From Candidatus Pollutiaquabacter aromativorans (GTDB lineage: Bacteria > Bacteroidota > Bacteroidia > AKYH767-A > 2013-40CM-41-45), in the NCBI GenBank assembly GCA_049177215.1, contig CP185379.1:352957-416956 (forward strand): a stretch of 64,000 nucleotides of DNA, written 5' to 3'. Shown here one piece after another: positions 18,328 through 28,091 of this stretch. The translations under genes and the position numbers were made by a program. The notes beneath the pieces were generated by a model. That model had not been told where the DNA came from and did no database searches. It saw only the letters and a program-made list of their open reading frames with translations. How positions within the stretch are numbered: the stretch's first letter is position 1; every line of letters begins with the position of its first letter.

Positions 18328-21300
18328 ATGGGACACAGATTTTACCGCAACGATGGTAAGTTGTTTCAGTGGCGTCTTCTAGTGTTGACATTGTTATTTG
18401 CAACAATGTGGACAATGGGAGCAAGAGCCCAAACAACTGTCACAATTGGCACTGGCACTTCAACAGTGAGCACAGTTCCGATTTATGGCTTTTATGGTTA
18501 TTCGTACTCTCAAATTCTGTACACCGCAACCGATATCACCGGAGGCGGCTGGGCAGGCGGCGCAGCTACGATTACTAACATTCGCTTTTATTTGAATACT
18601 GCTCCGGCGACTCCTGCGAATGACAATAGCTGGACGGTCTATTTGGGTAACACCTCGCTTACCTCCCTCACAGCGGGAGCGGCGAATTATGTGCCTACAA
18701 GCGCAATGACGCAGTGCTTTTCCGGTACGGTAACGTTTCCCGCTGGCGGAAACTGGATGGATATTACACTTTCCACTCCTTTTTCTTATTCGGGTGGTAA
18801 CCTGTTGATTGCAGTAGATGAGAATGCTGCTGGATATTCCTCCGCGTCCTGGCGTTACACAGCCGCTACCGGAATGTCCCGTTATTTGTATAGCGATACC
18901 TATAACCCGGATCCGACGGCGCTTCCGGGTTCTTATTCGGGTACCAGTAGTTCGACTGCAAACCGGCCGAACCTCCAAATGGTGATGGTTGCAGCGCCTG
19001 CCTGTAGTGGCACGCCGAATGGCGGTACTGCTACAGCTGGCACATACAATTTCTGCGGTTCCGGAAGTACACTCTTATCTGTTTCCGGATCGACTTCGGG
19101 TGTAACGGGTTTGTCTTACCAGTGGCAGTCAGGCCCCAGCGCAACGGGTCCCTGGACCAGCATTTCCGGTGCGACCAATGCAACTTATACCACACCTACG
19201 CTGACCACTACTACTTACTATCAGCGTCTGATCTCATGTACAAACAGCGGTCTGTCAAATGTCTCGGATACTACCGTTGTAAATATCAACACGGTTCCTA
19301 CTGTATCCGTGACCCCGACATCCTATAGTTCTTGTACCAGCCCGGTGGCTACTTCTCTTAGTGCATCCGGTGCCAGCACGTATTCCTGGTCACCGGCTGC
19401 GGGTTTGAACGCTACCACCGGTGCTTCGGTTAATGCTTCGGTAACTTCCTCTACCGTCTATACCGTTACGGGTACGAGCACGGAGGGATGTACCGGTACG
19501 GCGACGGCAAGTGTCAACCTCAATTATTCCCCAGCTGCGCCTACGACTACCAATTATTCGATTTGTTTGAATGGTACTGTGCCATCCGGTCAGGGGCTTT
19601 CTGTTCCTGCACCGCCTTCTTCCGGTACAGTAACAGCGGTTTTTACGGGTTCTCCGTTCACCAGTCCTGGTCCTGTAACGAGTGTAAGCACGGTATCAGT
19701 GCCCGGTCTTCCTGCAGGAGCGACCATTACCTCGGCAACCCTTCAGTTATTCACGGTTTCGGCGGTCGGTGCTTCCTATATGTCTGAAATAAGGGTCGCG
19801 CTTACCGGTGCCTATACGCTCGCCGCAACGCAGGTCAGTACTACTGGTTCGTCTGGAACTATTTCGCCTGATCCCGTCGTAAACCTCACAGGCTGGCCTG
19901 CCGCTGGAGGCTCCGTGACATTGGTCTTGTCTGAATCCTATGATGACGGCGGTACCGATGCCACAATCGCTGGTGCCCAAATCGTAATCAATTATTCTGT
20001 ACCAACCACTACAGTTTCCTGGTGGGATGCGGCCTCGGGCGGAACGCAGGTAGGTAGTGGACCGGTTTTCGATCCGGTTGCTGCTTTGCTTGTTAACCCA
20101 AGTGTTTCGGGTAATACCACATTCTATGCTCAGTATGACGCTCCTTCCTGCTCCAGCGCTCGCGTTGCCGCGGTGTTCTCTGTTGGCGCGCCCTTGACGA
20201 TATCAGCCATCACCCCCAATCCGACAGCCATTTGCCAGGGTCAGAATGGAACGTTATCCGTTAGTGTATTATCGGGTTCAGCTCCCTTCACCTATAACTG
20301 GGAAGATGGCGTGACGGGTACTATCAGTACCGCTGCATCGCCAACCATTTCGCCGACCACTACCCTGACCTATACTGTTACTGTTACGGACAACTGTAGC
20401 CAGGCTGCCTCCTCGACGGTGACGGTCCCGGTCAATCCGATCCCTTCAGTTACCGCCAGTGGTTCGGCCGCAGCTTCCTGCGGCGGATCTACGGTAGTAC
20501 TCACAGCCTCGGGAACTGCCACCAGCTACAGTTGGGCGCCCTCCACCGGCCTTAATGCCACCACTGGTGCTTCGGTCAACGCTACACCGACCACCTCAAC
20601 TACCTATACAGTAACAGGTACGCTCGGCGGTTGTACCGCCACCTATACGGTTAGTGTTGGTGCTGGAACAGCCGTCACCGTGAACTCGGTCACGGCCGAT
20701 CCCTCTTCGGTTTGTGTAGGCGGATCTACCCAGTTGAATGCCACCGGTCAGTACGCTAGCGGACTCGGACCGGTGAACACCTATACGTACGCCGGAAGCA
20801 CGAGTGGAGCTACCTTGTATGATCTTTCAGCATTACCCCCGATCCTGACAACAAGCAATGATGATACCCCCTCCGGTATTCTCACCTTGCCTTTCGCCGT
20901 GACGTTTGACGGGGTATCCTATACCGAGTGCTCCGTAAGTCCGGATGGATGGGTGCTCTTCGGGAATACGGCCGCATCGAATCAATTCACCAATCTGGTG
21001 ACGAGTACCACCAACATCCCCAAATTGTATCCTTATTGGGATGATCTGGCAACCGGAACCACAGGTTATGTGAAAGGTGCGGTAGCCGGCACGGCTCCGA
21101 ACCGGGTGCTGATCGTACAGTGGTTCGTAACAATCCCCCGGAATACAACCGGTGCAGCTAACTCCACCTTCGAAGCCCGCATCTATGAAACCACCGGTGT
21201 GGTGGAATTCCACTATGGTGCCATGGGTCCTTCTTCGACCATGAGTGCTTCGGTAGGTATGACCGGTAACGCTACCAACTTCCACAGTGTTACGCTCAGC

Positions 21301-24300
21301 AGTCTCACGTCCAGTACGGTTACGTCAAATGACGGCAATACCGACGTCCCGACCGCTGGTACAATGATCACCTACACTCCGGTTCAGCAATATGCCAGCA
21401 TCTCTTCCTTTAGCTGGTCGCCGGCTTCCGGACTGAACAATACAGCCATCGCCAACCCGACCGCGGGTCCGCTTTCCTCTGCCAGCACCTACACCGTAAC
21501 GGCTACCAGCCCTGCTGGCTGTACGGGTACCGCCTCGATCACAATCAACGTCGGCGATCCTTTGGTACTGGGTGGAATATCCGGTACCAGCACGATCTGT
21601 CAGGGTGCTTCCACCAGCCTGACGGCAACTATCACCTCCGGCAGCGGGCCCTTCACCTATAGCTGGAGCGACGGCTCCAATCCAGTTGGAACGACCAACC
21701 CGATTTCGCTTTCACCTTCGGCTACCACCATCTTCACGGTGACAGTTACGGATGGTTGCTTGGGTACCGCCACTGCTACATACACGGTCAACGTGGACCC
21801 GGCACCTTCGATTTCGGTCAGCCCGACCTCGTCCACCTACTGCTCCAGCGCCGTAGCCCTGACCGCCTCGGGCGGTACCAGCTATGCCTGGTCTCCGTCA
21901 ACCGGCCTGAACGCCACTACGGGCGTTTCCGTCAACGCCTCACCGCTGATCACGACTACCTATACCGTTACCGGTACGGGTTCGAACGGCTGTACTGCCA
22001 CCGCTACGGCTGTGGTTAACAAAGGCACTCCGATCACCAACGTGGTCGCTTCCGCTTCGCCTCAGTCATTCTGTGCACCGGGCGGTAACAGCACCCTGAA
22101 TGTGACGGCTACTGTCAACAGCACCCCTCCTGCAGCTCCAACGACCTACTGCGGCCCTACTGTTCAGTCCGGTGTAGCTTGTGTTTCTCTGGTCACCATC
22201 GGGACTTTGAACAATTCAGGGTCTGCTTGTGTGACACCGTACTATAACACTTACGCACCGACTGGCGCGAATACTACCACGCTTATCCCTGGAACCACTT
22301 ATCCGATCACGGTGACCTGCGCTGCCACAGCGATTGTTTCGGTGTGGATCGACTTCAACCGTGATGGCGTGTATGATGCCAGCGAATGGGTACAACCCTA
22401 TACGACCGGTACGACCGGTACTGTCAACATTACGGTGCCGCTTGGTGCTTCGCTCGGTCAGACCGGTATGCGCGTTCGTTCACGCTCCTCCGGCAATCCC
22501 AACGGCTCTACCGACGCCTGTTCTGACTTCGGTTCAGGCAGTTGCGAAAACTATACGGTGACCATCGGCAGCTTCACGCCGACCACCCTGTCTTACTCCT
22601 GGTCGCCTGCAGCCGGTCTGAACGATCCGTCGCTCCAGAGCCCGACTGCCAGCAGCATTGCCGGCACCACGACCTATACGGTGACCATCAGTGAAACCAA
22701 TGGCTGCACCGCCACTGGCACCACCACCATCGATGTCGGTTCCGCGCTTACCCTGAATCCGATCACGGGTACGGCTACCATTTGCCAGGGCCAGTCCACT
22801 TCATTGACCGCCAGCGTAGCCACGGGTAATGCGCCCTACACCTACGACTGGTCCGATGCTGGTGGTACGGTAGGCACCGGCAACCCGATCTCGCTGAGCC
22901 CCTCGGCTTCCTCGGTCTTCACGGTTACGGTGACAGATGCTTGCGGTCAGACTGCAACCGCTACTTACTCCGTGACGGTGAATAGCGCGCCATCGGTATC
23001 CGCTTCTCCTTCCAGTTCGTCTTATTGTGGTACGGCCGTGGCCCTTTCCGCCTCGGGCGCCGTTACCTACTCTTGGGCTCCCGGAGCCGGCCTGAACGCT
23101 ACCACCGGTTCATCGGTGAATGCTTCGCCGGTCGCTTCAACCACCTATACCGTTACCGGTACCGGATCGAACGGTTGTACGGCAACCGCGACGGCTTCCG
23201 TCACGGTAGGCACTATCTTCACCTCGGTGACCGCTTCTGCAAGCCCGTCCAACATTTGTACGGGTCAGACGGCTAACCTGACGGTGAATGCTACCCTGCC
23301 TCCATGCGCGAACTTCTACAACGTGAACAGCACGACCTACGGTCTGCAGCCGACTGCCGGCTTCACCGCTCTCGCTGGCGCCGATGATGCAGACCTCGCA
23401 ACCGGGATTTCGCTACCGTTCTCCTTCAACTTCTACGGGACCGCGCAAACCTCCATCAACATCAGTTCCAATGGCTATGCCTACTTCGGTGCAGCCAATG
23501 GTGGATCTATCTTCGCGGACGGTGTGACCAACGGTATCAGCGTTTTCTCGGCTGATATGTTCCCGACCGCCGGTCAGGTTTCTTACGGTACCGTGGGCGT
23601 TGCTCCGAACCGGATCTTTGTGATCGATTGGAACGGCATGCCTGAATATGCTGGTGGCGGTACCCATACGGGTCAGCTTCAGATTTTCGAAAGTGGCCTG
23701 ATCCAGATTCATGTGGCTTCTGCTACTTCCTCTACCCGTAACAAGACCCTCGGTCTCCGAAATACTGCCGGAACGGACAACACCTACCCTGCAGGTTTTG
23801 CAAACCTGCCGTGGACGGTGAATACGCCGACCGCCTGGACCTTCAGCCCTTGCATTTCCGCTACGATCACGGCTTACTCCTGGTCGCCCGGTGCTGAACT
23901 GGACGATGCTTCTCTCCAGTCTCCGGTTTATTCCCCGACTGCCAATGGTGTGACGACCTTTACGGTCACCGTCACCAACTCGGGCGGTTGCACGGCAACG
24001 GCGACGACTTCCGTTACGGTCGGTTCTACCATCAACGTTTCTGCTTCGGCAGCTCCGGCTACCATCTGCAGCGGCATCTCGACGACACTGACGGCTACTC
24101 CGACGGGTGGTTGTGGTGCCTACACGTATGATTGGAGCGATGGCGTGACCTCAATTGGTACGACCGCTAGTCTGTCGGTTTCTCCGTCAGCCTCCTCGGT
24201 TTATACGGTAGTAGTCACGGATAACCAGTCCAACTCTTCTTCGGCTACTGTTCCAGTAACCGTTGTAGCGTCTCCGACCGTCTCCATTTCCCCCGCCAGT

Positions 24301-27300
24301 ACGATCCTCTGTACTTCGGCTCCGGTATCGCTGACCGCTTCAGGCGCAAGCAGCTATAACTGGATTGGTACAACGATCACCGGCTCTACCACGGTCAATT
24401 TCGACGTGGCGGCTCAACCGGCTGAAACCAACGCTGCTCCGGGTAACGTGGTTGCTACGGCAACCTTGCCGGCCCTTCCGGCAGGTGCCACGATTACCGG
24501 CGCTACGCTGACGTACAACAACCTGACCGCTCTTGGTACTTCCTGGATGTCAGACATTCGCCTCGGCTTCTCCGGATCGGTTGTAAGCGCTGCAGTGGGT
24601 GGTACGGGATCTACTAATGCCGCAGGAACCTTCAACTATACCAGTTCTTTCGTCCCGACGGTGACCCTGGCTGGTGGTTCAGTCAGCCTGCTCTATTGGG
24701 ATTTCTTTAGCGATAACGCTGGCGCGGAAGCAACCTTCCCGACCGGTACCGCTGTTGCAACCCTGGTGATCAATTATACGCTCCCGGCTAATACTGCCAG
24801 CGTGACCGTAACACCGACCGCTACCACTACTTATACGGTAATTGGTACCGACGGAGTAACCGGTTGCACCAGTTCTGCTACCAGCACGATTACCATCGTT
24901 CCTCCGTTCACCCCGACGGCTTCTGCCAGCCCGGGTGCTGTTTGTTCCGGTGGTGGTTCCGCCCTGTCGGTTTCGGTTTCACCTTCCGGTACCTATACGT
25001 ACTCCTGGACTCCTGCTGCTGGTTTGAACGATCCTTCCAGCGCAAACCCGGTTGCTTCCGGAATCACGTCAACCACGGTATACACGGTGACGGCTACCTA
25101 CACCGGCAGCACCTGTTCTGCTACTGCCACTACTTCCGTGAGCGTCACTCCGCTTTCCTCGGTAACAGTCTCCGCCACTCCGGACGTGATTTGTGCCGGA
25201 CAATCGTCCAGCCTGTCATCCTTCGTCATCGGCGGCGGTGCTCCTTACCAATTTGATTGGTCAGCTGGTTCCGGTACTATTAGTACATCAGCTTCCCTGA
25301 CGGTTACGCCGGCGGGAACCACCAGCTATACCCTTACGGTGACCGATGCCTGCGGCTCTACGCTGACGGCAACACCGGTTACGGTAACGGTGAATCCTTC
25401 ACCGACCACGTTGGCTAACCCGACCTCCGCGCTCTATTGCGGCACGGCGATCTCAGTAACCGCATCCGGTGCCGCAACTTATGCGTGGTCTCCGACGGCA
25501 GGACTGAATAACTCGACTTCCGCTACCGTCCTGGCCAGCCCTACGGCGACCACGACCTACACGGTTACGGGTACCACAGCCGGTTGTTCTTCGACCGCGA
25601 CGGTGGTGATCACAGTCGGTACGCCGATCACGGTGGATGCTACGGCCGACACGACCCAGTCGTGTAGCCCGATGGGCACGGTTCTCCACGCTTGTGTAAA
25701 CCCGTCCTTCAATACCTATACGCTGGATTCTTCCAACGTTGATTACAGCGGTACAGCTGCTTCGATCCAGGTCGGCGGAAACGACGATACGGAAACGATT
25801 CTCGCCATGCCGTTTACCTTCAACTTCTTTGGTACGAACTACAGCCAGGTAATGGTTAGCACGAACGGTTACATCTCGTTCAATACCAGCAATACTTCAT
25901 TAAGTGTTGGATCGATTCCGACGGCCGGTACTCCGGATGCTTTCGTTGCCCTTACCGGTTGCGATCTGCATACACAGACTGCTGGTACGATCGATACCTT
26001 CACGGTCGGTTCGGCTCCGAGCCGGAAGTTCGTGGTTCGTTACAACGACCTGCGCTTCTTCAGCGATGCAACCACCAGTGTTGTTAACGGTAAAATCATC
26101 TTGCACGAAGGCACCGGCATCATCGAGGTACGCGTCGACAACGTGAACTCCGGTACCGACACCCGTACCCGTACGCTGGGTATTGAGAACGCAGGCGGCA
26201 CCGCTGGTTTAGCGGCCCCCGACAAGAACAATACACAATGGAACCAGACGAGTCCGGTCACGTATCGCTTCAGCCCTGCTGCCCGTACTTGTAACAACGC
26301 GGGTATCACCTTCACCTGGTCGCCGGCTACGTCTTTGAGTAGTACAGCTTCCGCTGATCCTACCGTAACCGGTCTGAGCGGAACGACCATCTACACGGTT
26401 ACCGCGCAGAACGCCAGTGGTTGCACCGCCCAGGATACGGTTACATTGATCGTATTCCCGCAGGCTGCCACGCCGACCATCACGCCGAGCGGTCCGCTCA
26501 GCTTCTGTCCGGGTGGCAGCGTAACGCTGACCTCGTCGAACAACACCTTCCCGAACCTGTGGAGCACCAGTGAGACCACCAACTCCATTACGGTGAGCAC
26601 GACCCAGAACATCAGCCTGATTGCTTATGATGCCTTCTGTCCGTCCGCTCCTGCTTCGGTGAACGTGGAACGCTATGACACCATTCAGCCGCTGATCAAC
26701 GTGGATGGTGGTGGAGTAGCACTTTGCGGTTCTTCTACCCGTACCCTGACGGCCGACGGTGGTCCCCAGTTCGTAGCTTGGACCTGGAGTACGACCGAAA
26801 CGACTCAGGCGATCACGATCGGATCCATCGGAACCTATGGTGTATCGGCTCAGGACTTCCACGGTTGTTACACCTACAACTCGGTAACCTTCGTTGCTGG
26901 TCAGACCCCGGTTGCTCCGGTCATTTCGACCACGAGTCCGCTGACGGTTTGTAACAATGATGCGGTAACGATGACCTCCGACCTGGCCGACGGCCTGACC
27001 TGGTCACCGACATTCGACAACACACAGTCGATCACCTACAACCTGTCGCCTCCCGGCACCTACGACTTCTTCGTAACCCGTGATTCGCTGGGTTGTACCT
27101 CCGAGTCGAACCACCTGAACTTCACGGTGAATCCTTCGCCTGATGTGACCGCATTCTCGCCTGCCGATTCGGCTTGTGTGGGTGATGTGATCACCTTAAG
27201 TGGTTCCGGCTTCACGAATGTGACCTCGATCAGCTTCAACGGTACTCCGGCTACCACCTACACCATCGTAGACGACTTCACCATCACGGTGACGGTACCG

Positions 27301-28011
27301 GCTGGCGCTACCTCGGGTGGCATCACGCTGACCGACGGCTCGACGGGTTGTGCAGGCGTAAGCCCGCTCTTCACCATCAAGGTGGTTTGCGGCGCCGAAC
27401 TGAACCTGAAGGTTTGGCTGGAAGGTTACTGTCTGCCTGCTCCGTTCTCCGGAACCATGGCACCGGCCTGGACCAACCAGCAGCGTACCGACCTCGGTAA
27501 CGGCAACATGGGTACCCCGACGGGTAACGAGGCCGACCTGGTGATGGTTGAACTGTACGACAGTGGTAACAACCTGCAGTACAGCGACTCGGTGATGATC
27601 ATGACCGACGGAACCGGCACCATGAGCCTGCCGTCCGGCGCAAATGGCAACAGCTACTACATCCTGATCAAGCACCGCAGCCACCTGCAACTCCGCAGCC
27701 TTGGTCAGGTGACCATGGGTGCCAGCGTTACCTACGACTTCACCACCTCCGATACCCAGGCTGACAACAACGGTAGCAATACCAGCATGGTACAGTTGGC
27801 CAATGGCGATTGGGCGATGTGGGCGGGTGACGTTACCCAGGACGGATTCGTAGGCGGTGACGACGTAGGTCAGGTCGACAATGATAATATTGCCGGTCTC
27901 TACTTTGATTACCTGAGTTCGGATGTGTCCGGTGACGGTTTCATCGGTGGTGACGACGTCGGCGCGGTTGACAATAACAACATCCTCGGAGTTTACTACC
28001 TCTATCCCTGA
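18328..28011 (+). CDS. giant secreted multi-repeat surface protein (3227 aa), paralog A. It has SprB-type Cys repeats, ~80-aa Ig-like 'YxWSP..GLNATTG...TTYTVTGT..GC' repeats, a recurring ~200-aa module, an IPT/TIG-like domain, and a C-terminal module with twin dockerin/EF-hand-like loops
   Basis: One uninterrupted frame. Signal peptide 'LLVLTLLFATMWTMGARAQ'. SprB-like units, e.g. 'ICQGQNGTLSVSVLSGSAPFTYNWEDG'. The module with 'SSNGYAYFG...GVAPNRIFVIDW...GQLQIFESGLIQIHV...LGLRNTAGT' recurs. TIG-like 'ACVGDVITLSGSGFTNVTSISFNGTP'. The protein ends '...WAMWAGDVTQDGFVGGDDVGQVDNDNIAGLYFDYLSSDVSGDGFIGGDDVGAVDNNNILGVYYLYP'. Confidence 0.85.
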   Translation: MGHRFYRNDGKLFQWRLLVLTLLFATMWTMGARAQTTVTIGTGTSTVSTVPIYGFYGYSYSQILYTATDITGGGWAGGAATITNIRFYLNTAPATPANDNSWTVYLGNTSLTSLTAGAANYVPTSAMTQCFSGTVTFPAGGNWMDITLSTPFSYSGGNLLIAVDENAAGYSSASWRYTAATGMSRYLYSDTYNPDPTALPGSYSGTSSSTANRPNLQMVMVAAPACSGTPNGGTATAGTYNFCGSGSTLLSVSGSTSGVTGLSYQWQSGPSATGPWTSISGATNATYTTPTLTTTTYYQRLISCTNSGLSNVSDTTVVNINTVPTVSVTPTSYSSCTSPVATSLSASGASTYSWSPAAGLNATTGASVNASVTSSTVYTVTGTSTEGCTGTATASVNLNYSPAAPTTTNYSICLNGTVPSGQGLSVPAPPSSGTVTAVFTGSPFTSPGPVTSVSTVSVPGLPAGATITSATLQLFTVSAVGASYMSEIRVALTGAYTLAATQVSTTGSSGTISPDPVVNLTGWPAAGGSVTLVLSESYDDGGTDATIAGAQIVINYSVPTTTVSWWDAASGGTQVGSGPVFDPVAALLVNPSVSGNTTFYAQYDAPSCSSARVAAVFSVGAPLTISAITPNPTAICQGQNGTLSVSVLSGSAPFTYNWEDGVTGTISTAASPTISPTTTLTYTVTVTDNCSQAASSTVTVPVNPIPSVTASGSAAASCGGSTVVLTASGTATSYSWAPSTGLNATTGASVNATPTTSTTYTVTGTLGGCTATYTVSVGAGTAVTVNSVTADPSSVCVGGSTQLNATGQYASGLGPVNTYTYAGSTSGATLYDLSALPPILTTSNDDTPSGILTLPFAVTFDGVSYTECSVSPDGWVLFGNTAASNQFTNLVTSTTNIPKLYPYWDDLATGTTGYVKGAVAGTAPNRVLIVQWFVTIPRNTTGAANSTFEARIYETTGVVEFHYGAMGPSSTMSASVGMTGNATNFHSVTLSSLTSSTVTSNDGNTDVPTAGTMITYTPVQQYASISSFSWSPASGLNNTAIANPTAGPLSSASTYTVTATSPAGCTGTASITINVGDPLVLGGISGTSTICQGASTSLTATITSGSGPFTYSWSDGSNPVGTTNPISLSPSATTIFTVTVTDGCLGTATATYTVNVDPAPSISVSPTSSTYCSSAVALTASGGTSYAWSPSTGLNATTGVSVNASPLITTTYTVTGTGSNGCTATATAVVNKGTPITNVVASASPQSFCAPGGNSTLNVTATVNSTPPAAPTTYCGPTVQSGVACVSLVTIGTLNNSGSACVTPYYNTYAPTGANTTTLIPGTTYPITVTCAATAIVSVWIDFNRDGVYDASEWVQPYTTGTTGTVNITVPLGASLGQTGMRVRSRSSGNPNGSTDACSDFGSGSCENYTVTIGSFTPTTLSYSWSPAAGLNDPSLQSPTASSIAGTTTYTVTISETNGCTATGTTTIDVGSALTLNPITGTATICQGQSTSLTASVATGNAPYTYDWSDAGGTVGTGNPISLSPSASSVFTVTVTDACGQTATATYSVTVNSAPSVSASPSSSSYCGTAVALSASGAVTYSWAPGAGLNATTGSSVNASPVASTTYTVTGTGSNGCTATATASVTVGTIFTSVTASASPSNICTGQTANLTVNATLPPCANFYNVNSTTYGLQPTAGFTALAGADDADLATGISLPFSFNFYGTAQTSINISSNGYAYFGAANGGSIFADGVTNGISVFSADMFPTAGQVSYGTVGVAPNRIFVIDWNGMPEYAGGGTHTGQLQIFESGLIQIHVASATSSTRNKTLGLRNTAGTDNTYPAGFANLPWTVNTPTAWTFSPCISATITAYSWSPGAELDDASLQSPVYSPTANGVTTFTVTVTNSGGCTATATTSVTVGSTINVSASAAPATICSGISTTLTATPTGGCGAYTYDWSDGVTSIGTTASLSVSPSASSVYTVVVTDNQSNSSSATVPVTVVASPTVSISPASTILCTSAPVSLTASGASSYNWIGTTITGSTTVNFDVAAQPAETNAAPGNVVATATLPALPAGATITGATLTYNNLTALGTSWMSDIRLGFSGSVVSAAVGGTGSTNAAGTFNYTSSFVPTVTLAGGSVSLLYWDFFSDNAGAEATFPTGTAVATLVINYTLPANTASVTVTPTATTTYTVIGTDGVTGCTSSATSTITIVPPFTPTASASPGAVCSGGGSALSVSVSPSGTYTYSWTPAAGLNDPSSANPVASGITSTTVYTVTATYTGSTCSATATTSVSVTPLSSVTVSATPDVICAGQSSSLSSFVIGGGAPYQFDWSAGSGTISTSASLTVTPAGTTSYTLTVTDACGSTLTATPVTVTVNPSPTTLANPTSALYCGTAISVTASGAATYAWSPTAGLNNSTSATVLASPTATTTYTVTGTTAGCSSTATVVITVGTPITVDATADTTQSCSPMGTVLHACVNPSFNTYTLDSSNVDYSGTAASIQVGGNDDTETILAMPFTFNFFGTNYSQVMVSTNGYISFNTSNTSLSVGSIPTAGTPDAFVALTGCDLHTQTAGTIDTFTVGSAPSRKFVVRYNDLRFFSDATTSVVNGKIILHEGTGIIEVRVDNVNSGTDTRTRTLGIENAGGTAGLAAPDKNNTQWNQTSPVTYRFSPAARTCNNAGITFTWSPATSLSSTASADPTVTGLSGTTIYTVTAQNASGCTAQDTVTLIVFPQAATPTITPSGPLSFCPGGSVTLTSSNNTFPNLWSTSETTNSITVSTTQNISLIAYDAFCPSAPASVNVERYDTIQPLINVDGGGVALCGSSTRTLTADGGPQFVAWTWSTTETTQAITIGSIGTYGVSAQDFHGCYTYNSVTFVAGQTPVAPVISTTSPLTVCNNDAVTMTSDLADGLTWSPTFDNTQSITYNLSPPGTYDFFVTRDSLGCTSESNHLNFTVNPSPDVTAFSPADSACVGDVITLSGSGFTNVTSISFNGTPATTYTIVDDFTITVTVPAGATSGGITLTDGSTGCAGVSPLFTIKVVCGAELNLKVWLEGYCLPAPFSGTMAPAWTNQQRTDLGNGNMGTPTGNEADLVMVELYDSGNNLQYSDSVMIMTDGTGTMSLPSGANGNSYYILIKHRSHLQLRSLGQVTMGASVTYDFTTSDTQADNNGSNTSMVQLANGDWAMWAGDVTQDGFVGGDDVGQVDNDNIAGLYFDYLSSDVSGDGFIGGDDVGAVDNNNILGVYYLYP

Positions 28012-28023
28012 TCAACACTATCT

Positions 28024-28051
28024 ATGTCCCCCGCCGCAGGGCGGGGGACAT
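28024..28051 (+). terminator. GC-rich perfect hairpin directly after paralog A (no U-tract)
   Basis: 'atgtcccccgcc'(28024-28035), 'gcag' loop, 'ggcgggggacat'(28040-28051). Confidence 0.4.
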
Positions 28052-28091
28052 ATTACCCAGAGAAACAATAACCAACACTTAATAACGCACA

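Noticed and set aside
27820-27990. Calling the C-terminal twin loops a bona fide type-I dockerin
   Set aside because: The spacing and paired duplication fit, but the canonical dockerin positions (Asn at loop positions 3 and 9, a conserved Ser-Thr pair) are only partly matched. I therefore describe it as dockerin/EF-hand-like rather than asserting a cohesin-binding dockerin.
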